Below the pieces are notes generated by a model. That model was not told the DNA's origin. It worked only from the letters and a program-made list of their open reading frames with translations, and made no database searches. The translations under genes were made by a program, and so were the position numbers. From an uncultured candidate division Zixibacteria bacterium (GTDB taxonomy: Bacteria > Zixibacteria > MSB-5A5 > GN15 > FEB-12), in NCBI GenBank assembly GCA_963735035.1, contig CAVTJJ010000003.1:64001-128000 (forward strand): a stretch of DNA of 64,000 nt, given 5' to 3'. The stretch's first letter is position 1; each line of letters starts with the position of its first letter. Shown here piece by piece: positions 39,073 through 50,646 of the stretch.

Positions 39073-41245
39073 CTAAAGAAGATGATTGAACTTCCGGAGG
39101 CTCCATTCGATGGCCAGCGCCCCGATGAATACCGCCAGAAGCCAGAACTTTCCCCAGAGCACAAACTCGTTTTCTTGATTCTCTGTAACAGGAAGAAGAT
39201 TGAGTTTCTCGACCGCGGTCCCGAACTGCGAGAAATCGTAGTAGTTCCCGCCAGTAGCATGAGAGATCGATGTCAGAGTAGCCGCGTCACCTTGTTGATT
39301 GAATTCTTCGACCGAGAACGACTCTACCAGAAGCTGTCCATGCGTGGTTTTGAGCGGCTGACCGTCGCGAGAAAGGTTTGCCTGATAGGTATATTTGCCG
39401 GGAGCGAGATTGTTGAATTCAGCGTGGAATTTCCCCGCCTCCGATTCAATCAGATCGACCTCCTGCGGCTCCTGCCCCGCTCCGGCGGTTACTGAGACTG
39501 TGCCGGTTACTCCCGGAATGGGACGGTAGCCGGGATCGAACGCATAACCTTCAAATTTGACCGGCTCACCCCGACGATACACTTCCTGGCTGGGGGCGAC
39601 CCGAACCGGATCGAAATCGTCCTGTACCGTCAGCCAGTTGACCGTGGCCTCGATCATTTTCGCGTAAGGTGACTGACCGACCGGCAAGGCCTGCGGTTCG
39701 AATCCCCACACCCATAGAGGCGAGGCAGCCAGCGCCAGGACCTTTCCCGGTCCCAAACGTCGATAGCCCAGCACGGGAGTCCGCAGACTAACCGATCCGA
39801 TTCCCGAGACAGATGCCAGCACGACACTGCCGGTGGGAACCTGATCACAGGAGAGAAGCATCTTAAACGGAGGCAGACTGGCCCAGGTCTCACGAATCGC
39901 GGTCCGATTCTCGCCCAACCGAACGGCCGGATGAAAGAGTTCCCCCTCGCTCGGCATCGCGTGGAATTGGGCGTAAATCAGCTCGGCCGGAGAAGTAGGA
40001 TAGAACGGCAGGCAGCTCGGTAGTACGAGGAGACGCCACTTTGCCTTTGAATCGCGACCCCAGGAACACCCAGAGTCCCCCACCTCGCTCGGCAAGATAT
40101 GATTTTAGCAAGGGACTGAGATTGTCGAGCCGGGCCGGGTCAGGATCATACATGATGACCAGGTCGTACCGATTCAGTTCGGTTTGTCGGTCGGGAAAGC
40201 GGTCGGCCAGATTGCCTGCTTGCCGACCCATGACGATCAACTTGACATCGTAGCGGTCCGACTGTCGCAGGAAGCGATTCAGAAAACCAACTTCATAGTC
40301 GGCGTTCTCGCAGGCCAGAAGGATGGCCAGGCGGCTCTTGAGGACTTTGACACTGACAGTGCGGGCGTTGTTGTTGGCATCGGTCTCTCCCGGCAACTGA
40401 CCGACTCTCACGTTCAACAGCGCCTGGCCCGGGCGGGACGGCGTATATTTAATCGGGACATCGGCAAATCCGGATTCCTGATCGATCTGCAAGCTCTTCT
40501 CGGCGATCACCCGTCCTGAGTCGAGCAACTGAACAGTCACCGGTCCCGGACTAGCGCCGTTCCAGCGAAGTCTTGTCTGCATCTCGGTCGGCTGGCCCGC
40601 GAAAACCACGGTGTTGTAGTTTACGTCGATGAGGCCGATATCGGCGGCTCCCCCACCTGAGGCCATACCGATGGCTTCGATAGGTGTCGAAAGCCCTGAG
40701 ATAGCGTCGCTCGGGCGAGGTCCGGAGTTGCTGTTACCGTCGGATAAGAGCAACCAGTAGTCCGAACGTTCGGCCAACTGCTCGCGATCCAACTCCTGCA
40801 GGACCGTACCGATCGCGGTTTCGCGGGGGTTGACGTCGCCGGCAGAAGACTTGAGATCGGCACCGAAGTAGCGTGTCGTGATATCGCAGTTCGCCCTCAG
40901 CGCGTTGGCGCTTTCGCTGTTCAACAGTGAATCGACCCTTTGTGATCGGCTGCGGCCGCTTTCGACTCGATCCATGCTGGCGGATTTATCGATCAGAATG
41001 GTAGCACGACGTTTCCGCTCATAATGTCGGGTATAGCTCAGGACCGGCTGGGCCAGGGCGAGTATCAGCGCAACTATAGCAGTCGTTCGAAGAGCAGCCA
41101 GAACAATTCGCAGCCAGCGCGGCAAAGGAGGATTAGTCGTCCAGTACAGCAATCCTGCCAAACTTAGTAGGACCAATCCTCCCAAAAGCACCAACACCGG
41201 ATGGCCGGTGAGGAAATTTGCGGAGATTTCTTTGAGTCCTAGCAT
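39073..41245 (-). pseudogene. Membrane-anchored vWA + Ig-like + GATase1-like protein with one +1 frameshift (~40013) as assembled
   Basis: N-terminal TMs, MIDAS DKSAS and LLSDG, C-terminal EWSLRK. The two ORFs join as TELLPFYP if one C is removed. Confidence 0.8.
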
Positions 41246-41277
41246 GCTGTGATATTATACGCCGTCGATCTAGCTAA

Positions 41278-41450
41278 GTGCCCGACAGATACTCACATGT
41301 GCCTTCCGACACGACATTATAGTGCCCGGTCCGCCGCGGCGGATCCACATCTGCCGACTAACTCGCAATCAAAGCGCCCGTCAGATGTCCACATCTGCCG
41401 ACTAACGCGCGACCAAAGTGCCCGGCAGATGTCCACATCTGCCGACTAAC
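41278..41450 (+). repeat. Four tandem GTGC-type REP copies
   Basis: Variants of gtgcccggcagatgtccacatctgccgact at 41278, 41322, 41374 and 41418. Confidence 0.8.
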
Positions 41451-41505
41451 GTGAAATCCCTTCAATTGTGACACAAAAAGATGATACCCGATTGACGGCG
41501 TCGAA

Positions 41506-42495
41506 TCAAGAGGCGCGCGCCACGGCAAAGCGGACCATCCCGGTCAGAGAGTCGAAATAGATCGAACGGCCTACGTGCGCTATGGAGTCCAGCGCCTGCT
41601 CGCTCAGTTCGGAAGCCCGCCGGGAGGCATAGTCGAGTCCGCCGGTCTCATTGACAAATTTGTGAATTCGTTCAAACGAACTTTCGACATCATCCTCTTT
41701 GAGAAGATGAATAATCTCCCGCCGGGAAGCTTCGGTAACGCTCCGGAGCGAATAGATGAGCGGCAGGGTAACATGGCCGTTGAAAACGTCGATACCCGGT
41801 TCCTTGCCGGTGACTTCAGGATCGCCCACGAAATCCAGGAGATCGTCCGCCACCTGAAAAGCGGTGCCGATCTTCTCACCAAAGTCAGCAAACCGTTTCC
41901 GCTCGGCCGCGTCCTGGCGCGCCAGGATCGGCCCGATTTCGCACGAGACAGAAAAGAGTGAGGCGGTCTTGTCGGCGATAATATCGAAATACTCGTCTTC
42001 CGAAAGGGTGTAGTTCCGGGTTTCTTCGATCTGGCGAAGTTCACCCACTGAAACCCGCTCGGTGGCCTGTGATATCGCCCCAATCAGTTCCATCGACCCG
42101 GTATCAACCATGATGCGGAAAGCTTTGGCGAAGATATAGTCGCCCATGAGCACCGAGATGAGGTTCTTCCACTTGTGGTTGACCGTTTCCTGCCCGCGCC
42201 GCATCTCGGATTCATCGACAACATCATCGTGCAGAAGCGTAGCGGTATGAATCAGTTCGATTGATAGCGAGGCATCGATAGCCGGTTCGGCGTAATAGTT
42301 CGCCGCCCGAGCCGAAAGAAACAGAAACGCCGGGCGAATCCGTTTCCCCTTGGACTTCAGCAGATGGCGGGCAATTGACGAAATAAGCGGCGAGTCGCCG
42401 CGCAGATAGTCGTGTAGACGTGTATCGAACGCCTCCAAGTCGGCCCGAACCGGGGCGGTGTATTCCGTCATGCTATCGGTATCAAATCTAGTCAT
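41506..42495 (-). CDS. Long-chain polyprenyl diphosphate synthase (IspB/HepT-like)
   Basis: GKRIRP, LLHDDVVD..RRG, KTASLF and FQVADDLLD. Start uncertain (42495 or 42471). Confidence 0.92.
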   Translation of the reverse strand: MTRFDTDSMTEYTAPVRADLEAFDTRLHDYLRGDSPLISSIARHLLKSKGKRIRPAFLFLSARAANYYAEPAIDASLSIELIHTATLLHDDVVDESEMRRGQETVNHKWKNLISVLMGDYIFAKAFRIMVDTGSMELIGAISQATERVSVGELRQIEETRNYTLSEDEYFDIIADKTASLFSVSCEIGPILARQDAAERKRFADFGEKIGTAFQVADDLLDFVGDPEVTGKEPGIDVFNGHVTLPLIYSLRSVTEASRREIIHLLKEDDVESSFERIHKFVNETGGLDYASRRASELSEQALDSIAHVGRSIYFDSLTGMVRFAVARAS

Positions 42496-42683
42496 AGCGA
42501 ACAACCATTTAGAAGTAACGGGCATATTAAAGGGCTTCCAGCCGGGCGTGTCAAACGGTTTGGCTTGAAAATCGTCGGCGGGCGGGATTCAGATAGTGGA
42601 ATCGTTGGGTCCAGCAACGATAAAAGTCCGCAATGCCTTGCGTTACAACTCGTTGTTGAGCGAACTCAGCGGGCAATAGAACG

Positions 42684-44225
42684 CTATTCCCACTCAATCG
42701 TAGCCGGTGGCTTGGACGAAATATCATAGGTCACCCGGTTGACCCCTTTGACCTTGCGAATGATCTCGTTCGAGATTTCCGCCAGAATGTCGGCCGGGAT
42801 ACGCGCCCAGTCGGCGGTCATGCCGTCGACCGAGGTCACCGCCCTCAGCGCCACCACGTTTTCATAAGTACGTTCGTCGCCCATGACTCCGACCGCCCGC
42901 ACCGGGAGAAGCACCGCAAAGGCCTGCCAGATATCGTCGTAGATCTTGTGCCGATATAGCCCTTCGATAAAAATGGCGTCGACTTCGCGGAGCAGATCGC
43001 ACCGCTCCTGCTCACCTCACCGAGAATACGCACCGCCAGACCCGGCCCGGGGAACGGATGCCGTCCGATGAACTTCTCCGGAAGACCGAGTGCGCGGCCG
43101 AGATCGCGGACTTCGTCCTTGAACAACTCCCGCAATGGCTCGACCAGCTTAAGACTCATCGTTTCTTTGAGGCCGCCGACGTTGTGGTGCGATTTGATGG
43201 TCGCCGACGGGCCCTTGAACGAGGTGGATTCGATCACATCGGGATACAACGTTCCCTGCGCCAGAAAATCGATGCCGCCGATACGCTCTGCTTCCCGCTC
43301 GAATATATCAATGAAAGTCGATCCGATGATCTTGCGTTTCTTCTCCGGATCCTCAACCCCCGCCAGTCGGGTCCAGGAAGAGCTCAGATGCGTCTACCGG
43401 GTGCAGGTTGATGCCGAGGGTCTTGAGTGTCACTGTGACATCTTCAAACTCGTTCTTCCTCAGCACGCCGTTGTTGACAAAGACACCGTGCAACCGGTCC
43501 CCTATGGCCCGGTGTAGCAGCATGGCGGCCACCGATGAGTCCACCCCGCCGGATATACCTAGCACGACTTTTCCGTCGCCCACCTGCCGGCGAATACCGT
43601 CAATTGATTCCTCGATAAACGACGCCGTGGTCCAATCACCTTTGACCCCACAGATATCGAACAGGAAATTATGAATGATCTTCTTGCCTTCGGTCGTGTG
43701 ATGTACTTCGGGATGAAACTGCACACCGTAGATGCGGGCGGTCTCGTTGACGATAGCGGCCACGCCGAGCGATGTAACCCGGCCGATAATCTGGAACCCT
43801 GAAGGGAGATCTACGATGGAATCGCCGTGGGACATCCAAACTTGACTTGATTGGGCAATCCCCTTCAGAAGCGGTCCATCAGATAATGGCTCGAACAGCG
43901 ACCGGCCGTATTCGCGATGCTCGGACTTGACCAATCGGCCGCCGAAGAGATCGGCGATCAACTGCATACCGTAACAGATGCCCAGGACCGGAACGGAGCC
44001 GTCGAAGAACGAGCGGTCCAATCGCGGCGAAGACGGGTCTTTGAGCGATGCCGGTCCGCCCGATAGAATGTATCCCGCCACGTTGCGTTTGGCGTACGGG
44101 CGCAGATCGGCGTTGTAGGGAAGTATCTCGCAGTAGACATGAGCTTCGCGGACGCGCCGGGCGATCAACTGGGTAAATTGCGAACCGAAATCCAATATCA
44201 ATATGGTCTCGTGACCGCTCTTCAT
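42684..44225 (-). pseudogene. guaA: GMP synthase with two single-base frameshifts as assembled (likely sequencing errors)
   Basis: [39 protein letters not shown] and KPPATIEWE are spread over three frames; shifts at ~43370 (+1) and ~43010 (-1). Confidence 0.93.
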
Positions 44226-44236
44226 GAAGGCTTCTC

Positions 44237-45832
44237 CTAACTTACCAAACCGGGGATAACCGTATCGTGCGCGAATTTGGGATCGGTTTCCGGTTTCTCT
44301 TCCAGATAATGCAACCCGCGCGACTCCTGGCGGGACAGCGCACATTGAATTAAGAGCTCCGCAACCGTAGCAATGTTGCGCAACTCCACCACATCATAAT
44401 TGGCGGGGGTCGCCATGTAATAATCTTCTACTGCATGTTTGATTCGACTCACACGTTCCAGCGCCATCGAGAGCCGCTCGGTCGTGCGAACGATGCCGAC
44501 AAAGTCGGACATGATCCGGTTCAACTCGTGACGGTCGTGCGCGATAAGAATCTTCTCAAGCGGCATCCGCAGTGACGACGCCAGAGGATTGTCCAATGGT
44601 ACTGCTTCGGGGAAATGTGTCTGCCGGGCATAGTCGGTCGATTTCACCGAGGCAATGTCCGCCATGACCACCGCTTCGAGGAGTGAGTTCGATGCCAGAC
44701 GATTCGCCCCGTGCATGCCGGTCATGGCAACTTCGCCGGCCACAAAGAGCCCTGGGAGCGACGTTTCCCCGTCGAGGCTGCTCACGACTCCCCCGCAGGC
44801 ATAATGCGCCGACGGCACAACCGGGATCGCCCGCTTGGTAATATCGAACCCGTAGCGCAGACATTCCTGGTAGATATTGGGAAAACGTTCTTTGACGAAC
44901 GCAGGATCGCGGTGGCTGATGTCGAGCATCACATATTCCTGGCCCGACTCTTTGAGCTCCCGATCAATCGCCCGGGCGACCACATCGCGCGGCGCGAGGT
45001 CTTTCAGTTCATGAGCCTTCTCCATAAAATAGCGGCCATCCACCGAGCGCAGACGCGCGCCTTCACCACGAACAGCTTCGGAGATCAGAAACGGCCAGCG
45101 CCCCGGCGAGTAGAGAGCGGTCGGGTGAAACTGAACGAATTCCAGATTGGCTACCTCTACACCTGCCCGATAGGCGCACGCAACTCCATCGCCCGTTGCG
45201 ATTTTCGGATTCGTAGTGTGGAAATAGACCATGCCAAGACCGCCCGTGGCGAGCATGGTCACCGGCGCATAAAAGATTTCGATAGAGCGATTCTCTTCAC
45301 AATAGATATAGGCCCCGGCGCAGATACGATGGCCGGACTCACGATAAGCCACCAGGTCCAACAACAAGTGATCGGGGAAGATTTCGATATTGTTCGGTAA
45401 GCTACGGCAGGCGGCTAACAATGCCCGTTCGATTTCGCGACCCGTCAGATCGGCAGCCCGCACTACCCGATTTTGTGAATGGCCACCTTCGCGTCCGAGG
45501 TCAAGCTGTCCATGTACACGAGTGAATTCGACACCGTACCGACTTAGTTCTTTGATGGCGTTCGGTCCGGCTTCAACGACCCGCTCGACCACATCCTGAT
45601 GACATAGGCCGCAACCCACTTTGACCGTGTCGGCCACATGAGACGCAACTGAATCGGTCCCCGATGTAACCGCGGCAATCCCCCCCTGCGCCCGGTTGGT
45701 ACTGGTGGCATCTTCGGAGCTCTTAGTGACAATCCCGACCCGGGCCGTGGGCATTCGCTCCACTACCTTGAGCGCATAGAACAGCCCGGCGATACCGCTG
45801 CCCGCAACGAGAAAATCAAAGCGCCGATCCAT
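44237..45832 (-). CDS. nadB: L-aspartate oxidase
   Basis: AQGGIA, REGGHS, QFHPT, SEAVRGEG, HGANRLASNSLLE and ESRGLHY. Confidence 0.96.
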   Translation of the reverse strand: MDRRFDFLVAGSGIAGLFYALKVVERMPTARVGIVTKSSEDATSTNRAQGGIAAVTSGTDSVASHVADTVKVGCGLCHQDVVERVVEAGPNAIKELSRYGVEFTRVHGQLDLGREGGHSQNRVVRAADLTGREIERALLAACRSLPNNIEIFPDHLLLDLVAYRESGHRICAGAYIYCEENRSIEIFYAPVTMLATGGLGMVYFHTTNPKIATGDGVACAYRAGVEVANLEFVQFHPTALYSPGRWPFLISEAVRGEGARLRSVDGRYFMEKAHELKDLAPRDVVARAIDRELKESGQEYVMLDISHRDPAFVKERFPNIYQECLRYGFDITKRAIPVVPSAHYACGGVVSSLDGETSLPGLFVAGEVAMTGMHGANRLASNSLLEAVVMADIASVKSTDYARQTHFPEAVPLDNPLASSLRMPLEKILIAHDRHELNRIMSDFVGIVRTTERLSMALERVSRIKHAVEDYYMATPANYDVVELRNIATVAELLIQCALSRQESRGLHYLEEKPETDPKFAHDTVIPGLVS

Positions 45833-46917
45833 CAGTTTCCTCTGGCCACCAACTTAAGCCGCCTCTTGACATCGGTCATGAGCTCTTCAACGCCAGGATA
45901 TACGTCAACGACCTGGTTAAGATAGTACAACTCCCGCCCGAAATCAAAGTTGCCTACTTTGACCCAATCCTTGAGGGTGGTCAGAATCAGGTCGGAATTA
46001 TGGTGATCCGCCGCTTGCTTGATCTGGTCCATGACCTGCCGATCATATTTCTGGTGGTCGGCGAATTCAATGGCGAAATCTATGCGAGATGAGAGCGCCG
46101 AGACTTCCTGTTCAAGTGCCGTGAAATTGCCAATCCCGGCAAAGAGAAAGACCGACTTGTCCTGAAGAAATTCTGCCGGGTGACTCCTGCCGCGCCCTAT
46201 TATCTCGGTCGCACGGAACCCCGCCTGATACAAGCCGGCATGTGGGCTCAATTGCTGCAACTTCTCTCTACGTGCGCCAATTTCTGACCCTTCCTTAACG
46301 CGGGTCATGATCATAACGTCTGCCCTGCTCAGCGCCTTATGCGATTCGCGAAGCAACCCGTAGGGGAACGGCTTCAACTGAAGCTCCTTTAGACTGGCGT
46401 CGTAGGTCACCAGATTAATATCCCGGGCCAGCTTGAAGTGCTGGAAACCATCGTCAAGAATGATCACGTCAACCTGACCGCTATCGGCCAGCATCTTGGC
46501 CGCCCGCCACTTGAATTTGTCGACCGAGAATATTGCGTTCGGCAGTTGTCGGGACAGCAGCTTGACCTCATCGCCGGTCTGCCCAACATCCATTTCTTGC
46601 ACGCTCTGCCCGGAAGTCACGAATGACACCTGATCCTGACGTCCATAACCCGATGACACAATTCCCACCCGGTCACCTTCGCGCAGGAAGTTCTCGGCAA
46701 GCAGGGCGACAATAGGTGTCTTGCCCGATCCTCCTACGGTGATGTTGCCGACCGAAAGGACCGGCACTGCAACTCTAATCGGTTCACCGACGAATCGTTT
46801 CCTGAGTGCGAAGCCGAGTCTATAGACAAGCGAAATCAGCCAGAGAAAGAAAGCAGGGATCGCCCAGAGGCTGTTCGGCTCACGCCGTAGGATCATCTTC
46901 CACAACCGCTCAAACAT
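45832..46917 (-). CDS. lpxK: Tetraacyldisaccharide 4'-kinase
   Basis: VGNITVGGSGKTP, GDE, LDDGFQH and TTLKD. Confidence 0.95.
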   Translation of the reverse strand: MFERLWKMILRREPNSLWAIPAFFLWLISLVYRLGFALRKRFVGEPIRVAVPVLSVGNITVGGSGKTPIVALLAENFLREGDRVGIVSSGYGRQDQVSFVTSGQSVQEMDVGQTGDEVKLLSRQLPNAIFSVDKFKWRAAKMLADSGQVDVIILDDGFQHFKLARDINLVTYDASLKELQLKPFPYGLLRESHKALSRADVMIMTRVKEGSEIGARREKLQQLSPHAGLYQAGFRATEIIGRGRSHPAEFLQDKSVFLFAGIGNFTALEQEVSALSSRIDFAIEFADHQKYDRQVMDQIKQAADHHNSDLILTTLKDWVKVGNFDFGRELYYLNQVVDVYPGVEELMTDVKRRLKLVARGN

Positions 46918-48148
46918 CTGACAGCCGTTTCAATATGTAGCCACCAGCCAGGGCCGTGGCGGAGTGCGCGGTATCGGTCTCTTCCTTGGTTTCGAATTTT
47001 CGCCGCCCAGATAAGACATCCTCCAACACGCTCTTCAACTCGTCGGCATCCGCTACCTGCGCACCGAAATTATTCGCAACGATGTACTCGGCGGCGTCCG
47101 GAACATTGAAGACAGAAGACCCAAACACGACCGGAGTGCGGGCCCAGACCGGTTCAAGGATGTTATGTCCACCTATATCTACGAGCGTACCGCCAACGAA
47201 AGCGAGATCGGCCGCGAGGTACAGATCGTTCAGAAGCCCCATCCGGTCAACTAGCGTGACACCGTCGCAGTTACGGCTTTCGCCATAGAGACAAATCGGG
47301 ACGTTTGCGTCCTTTACCAGACGACGTACTTCATCCAGCCGTTCCAAATGACGAGGCGCCAGCACGAGCCTCACTTGCGGATACTGCTTCTTCAGTTCCT
47401 TGACCGTCGCCACCAGCACCGCTTCTTCGCCGGGACGAGTCGATCCAGCCACCAACATGAACTGATCCTGAGTGACGCCTACTTCGGCCCGGATTTCGGT
47501 CACCCATTCCTTGGATTTCGCGACCATGGGGGCGTCGAACTTCATGTCGCCTGCGATCACCCCGGCTTCAATCGGCAGTCCGAAGGTGGAGAAGCGATCC
47601 CGGTCTGACTCTGACTTGAAGAAGAATTTGTCATAAGTACCTAGCAATCGGCGAAGCGTGTTTGAAAACATGCGATATCTTCTCTGGGATCGCTCTGTCA
47701 TACGGCCGTTGACCAGCACGATTGGGATGGTTCGACGCTTCGCGGCCTCAATCAAGTTCGGCCAGATTTCGGTTTCGGCCACCACGATCATTCGGGGGCT
47801 CAAGCGGTTCATCACGCGATTACACAATGAGCTCACGTCGAGTGGAAAATACGATATTGACACTCGTCGCGGCAAAATAGCTCGCGCGGTCTCAACCCCG
47901 GTGCGCGTGACAGCGGTCACATGAATCTGCAGCTTAGGCTGCTCCTTCACGAGATATGCTATCAGATTGCCGAGGATGCGTATTTCTCCCACGGAGGCGG
48001 CGTGCAGCCAGAGATCGACTTGTTCCGACGGCAGGTCCAGACCCAGCCGACCTCGCCAGACTTCCTTGCCACGCGCGGCTTGCCATCGCGCCCAGGGATA
48101 GATCAGCATATAAACCAGCCGTGTCAGACAGCGATACAGGAGAATCAT
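46910..48148 (-). CDS. waaA: Kdo transferase
   Basis: WLHAASVGE, ETEIWPN, AGST, APRHLER and GGHNILEP. Confidence 0.95.
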   Translation of the reverse strand: MILLYRCLTRLVYMLIYPWARWQAARGKEVWRGRLGLDLPSEQVDLWLHAASVGEIRILGNLIAYLVKEQPKLQIHVTAVTRTGVETARAILPRRVSISYFPLDVSSLCNRVMNRLSPRMIVVAETEIWPNLIEAAKRRTIPIVLVNGRMTERSQRRYRMFSNTLRRLLGTYDKFFFKSESDRDRFSTFGLPIEAGVIAGDMKFDAPMVAKSKEWVTEIRAEVGVTQDQFMLVAGSTRPGEEAVLVATVKELKKQYPQVRLVLAPRHLERLDEVRRLVKDANVPICLYGESRNCDGVTLVDRMGLLNDLYLAADLAFVGGTLVDIGGHNILEPVWARTPVVFGSSVFNVPDAAEYIVANNFGAQVADADELKSVLEDVLSGRRKFETKEETDTAHSATALAGGYILKRLSDV

Positions 48149-49251
48149 AGATACTCCCTTATCGCTTCGGCGGCGCGAGCGGACGCGCCCATGCCTCCCA
48201 GCAGTGACGGCACCCGCTGCAGGCTACTGGCAACTATTTGGCGATAGTTGTCGTCGGTGAAGAAACGCTCAAGCTTGGCGGCCATGCGTTCGGGGGTGGC
48301 TTCGTGCTGAATCAATTCTGGAACTGCCTTCTCGCCGAGCACCAGGTTGACCAGGGCAATCTTGTCCAGCTTGATGAGACGCCGCGCAATCATGTACGTT
48401 AGCGCGCCGGTTTTGTACACGACCACCATCGGACGCCCGATTATGCCAATCTCAAGCGTGGCGGTGCCGGACGATGTGAGCGCTACGGTCGATTCGAAAA
48501 TGACGCGTCGTGGGTTGTCGTATATCACGGACACGCCCTGTGTCAAGAACGGTCGACAGATGGAGTCGTAATCGAATGTTCCGGTTAGCGCCGCCACTAC
48601 CGATGTCGTCCCCTGGGAACGATGAAGCTGTGCCGCCGCTTCGAGCATCGGCGGAAGCATCCGCTCCACTTCCTGACGGCGCGACCCCGGCAGCAAGGCG
48701 ATTTGTTTATTTCCAGGAGACAATGAGCCGACATATTCCCGCGGGATATCTTCAAGCAGGTAGTGTCCTACAAACTGCGACGCTATATCGTGGTCCTCAT
48801 AGAACTTCTTTTCGAATGGGAGTATCACCAACAGACGGTCTACCAGTGAGCGTATCTGCGGCAGACGCCCTTTTCCCCACGCCCACACCTGAGGCGAGAT
48901 GTAGTAGATAATCGGTATGCCGAGCGGACGAATCTTTCGCGCGAGGCGAAGATTGAATCCGGGATAGTCGACGAGCACAATCGCCCTGGGTCGCCGCCGC
49001 TCGATTTCCTGCACGCATGTGTGGAAGAGTTTTCGAAAGAACAAGTATCGACGTGCAACTTCCCAAAATCCGAGAACGGCCAGATCGGACGGTTCCGCGA
49101 GTTGCTCCTGACCGAGTTGTTTGAGGCGTGGGCCGCCAAGTCCGAAGACTCTGAGATTCGCCGACTTCTCGCGCAAAGCTGAAAGCACACGGCTGACTGC
49201 TATGTCGCCGGACGGATCCCCCGCTGAGATGAATAGCAGAGACTCATCCAT
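48145..49251 (-). CDS. lpxB: Lipid-A-disaccharide synthase
   Basis: AGDPSGD, DYPGFN, SPQVWAW, LLPGSR and SGTATLE. Confidence 0.96.
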   Translation of the reverse strand: MDESLLFISAGDPSGDIAVSRVLSALREKSANLRVFGLGGPRLKQLGQEQLAEPSDLAVLGFWEVARRYLFFRKLFHTCVQEIERRRPRAIVLVDYPGFNLRLARKIRPLGIPIIYYISPQVWAWGKGRLPQIRSLVDRLLVILPFEKKFYEDHDIASQFVGHYLLEDIPREYVGSLSPGNKQIALLPGSRRQEVERMLPPMLEAAAQLHRSQGTTSVVAALTGTFDYDSICRPFLTQGVSVIYDNPRRVIFESTVALTSSGTATLEIGIIGRPMVVVYKTGALTYMIARRLIKLDKIALVNLVLGEKAVPELIQHEATPERMAAKLERFFTDDNYRQIVASSLQRVPSLLGGMGASARAAEAIREYL

Positions 49252-50247
49252 TCAGTCGGGATACCCCCGCAGAACTTTTTCGATCGACTCGAGTCCGATT
49301 TGCTGGACCTGGAGCGCCACCCGAAGCGCCTCGGCGCCTTCGTCGATGGTGACCGCGACGGGGTGATCATGAATGACGGCATCGAGAAACGCAGCCAATT
49401 CCGCCCCGAGCATGTCTTCGCCGCTGTCGGTCTTCTTGGAGTAGATGATATCCTTGCCGGACTTGCCGAGCGGTACGCGCATACCTTCCGCTTTTTCGTC
49501 GGCGCCGGCCAGACAATAGATGTCCGCCTGTTTCTGCGCCAGATCGAGTGAGAAATAGCCGGACTTCTGGAAGATGCGGAGTTTGCGCATTTGATGGAGC
49601 GAAATGCGGGACGCGGTCAGATTGGCCACCGCGCCGTTCTCGAATGTCAGGCGGGCATTGGCGATATCGGCCTGTTCGGATACGACCGCCACCGCCGAGG
49701 CCTGTATGTTCTCGACTTTCGAGCGCGTGAACATAAGGGCGAGATCGATATCGTGAATCATCAGGTCGAGCACTACGGCCACATCGGTCCCGCGCGGATC
49801 AAACGCCGCCAGCCGGTGGGCCTCGATAAACGACGGCCGCAGGTTCATGCCGTCGAGCGCGCGAACCGCCGGATTGAATCGCTCGATCTGGCCCACCGTC
49901 ACTTTGACGCCGCGCGCCTCGGCCAGGCTCTTCAGTTTAGAGGCTTCGTCGATCGACGGGGTAATCGGCTTTTCGATCAGACAGTGAATGCCGCGGTCTA
50001 TCAACTTCGAGGCGACTTCGTAGTGCGCGGAAGTAGTGACCACGATGGAGACCGCCTCGGCGGACGCGGCTAAGGCGTCGAGTGATTCGAAAGCCCGGGT
50101 GCGGTACTCCGAGGCATATTTCTCGGCTTTGGCGGGATCGACATCGTAGAAGCCGACCAGTTCGGACTGTTCGAGTTTAGAGAGCCATTTGAGATGGTGA
50201 CGGCCGAGCGACCCGACACCCACGACGGCGGTTTTCAGTTTTTTCAT
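49252..50247 (-). CDS. Gfo/Idh/MocA oxidoreductase, GnnA-like (UDP-GlcNAc 3-dehydrogenase)
   Basis: GVGSLG, EKP, ERFNPA, DVAVVLDLMIHDID and TASRIS; abuts lpxB. Confidence 0.8.
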   Translation of the reverse strand: MKKLKTAVVGVGSLGRHHLKWLSKLEQSELVGFYDVDPAKAEKYASEYRTRAFESLDALAASAEAVSIVVTTSAHYEVASKLIDRGIHCLIEKPITPSIDEASKLKSLAEARGVKVTVGQIERFNPAVRALDGMNLRPSFIEAHRLAAFDPRGTDVAVVLDLMIHDIDLALMFTRSKVENIQASAVAVVSEQADIANARLTFENGAVANLTASRISLHQMRKLRIFQKSGYFSLDLAQKQADIYCLAGADEKAEGMRVPLGKSGKDIIYSKKTDSGEDMLGAELAAFLDAVIHDHPVAVTIDEGAEALRVALQVQQIGLESIEKVLRGYPD

Positions 50248-50445
50248 TTACAGACCTTCCAAGCGCCCCGGCTTCCTGTCGGGGTCAGGGGAAGGTAAGA
50301 AGAAGGCACCCGCACAGGAAGCAGAAATACGACCCAATGCCTCGCTGTTCTGCAGAGATGCCATTCCTTCTCTGATGGCGCCTTCGATTTGCACTGTCAC
50401 ATTATGCAATTTCAGGCTTCCCTTGGCTACGAGACGAGTACTTCT

Positions 50446-50619
50446 TCACTCGCTAATGTGGATCTCGCGGCGGATCTGGTGGCGGGGGGGAGGCGGAGCA
50501 GCGGGAGGTGGATCCGGCGGTTCTGGCACTGCAGGACGAGGATTCACTCCACCCTTCTTCTTAGTGCCTTCCGCAAGAGGTTTACCAGCAACGTGTGTGA
50601 TGTGATCTCTATCTATCAT
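50446..50619 (-). CDS. 57-aa Pro-rich small protein (missing from the ORF track)
   Basis: RBS GAGGAG then MIDRDHITHVAGKPLAEGTKKKGGVNPRPAVPEPPDPPPAAPPPPRHQIRREIHISE, 27 nt after the DUF6338-like gene. Confidence 0.6.
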   Translation of the reverse strand: MIDRDHITHVAGKPLAEGTKKKGGVNPRPAVPEPPDPPPAAPPPPRHQIRREIHISE

Positions 50620-50646
50620 ATGCTCTCCTCAATTACTCAACGCGGT

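Noticed and set aside
41278..41450. CRISPR-like array of ~30-bp repeats
   Set aside because: Spacers are only ~11-15 nt, the repeats are degenerate copies of a dispersed REP, and there are no cas genes.
42845..43400. Programmed frameshifting or phase variation in guaA and other split genes
   Set aside because: There are no slippery heptamers or long homopolymer/SSR tracts at the shift sites.
50271..50322. SRP RNA-like sequence (tcagg...ggaagcag in a hairpin)
   Set aside because: It lacks the compact CAGG-stem-GNRA-stem-AGCAG geometry; it is only a 9-bp inverted repeat upstream of the gnnA-like gene.
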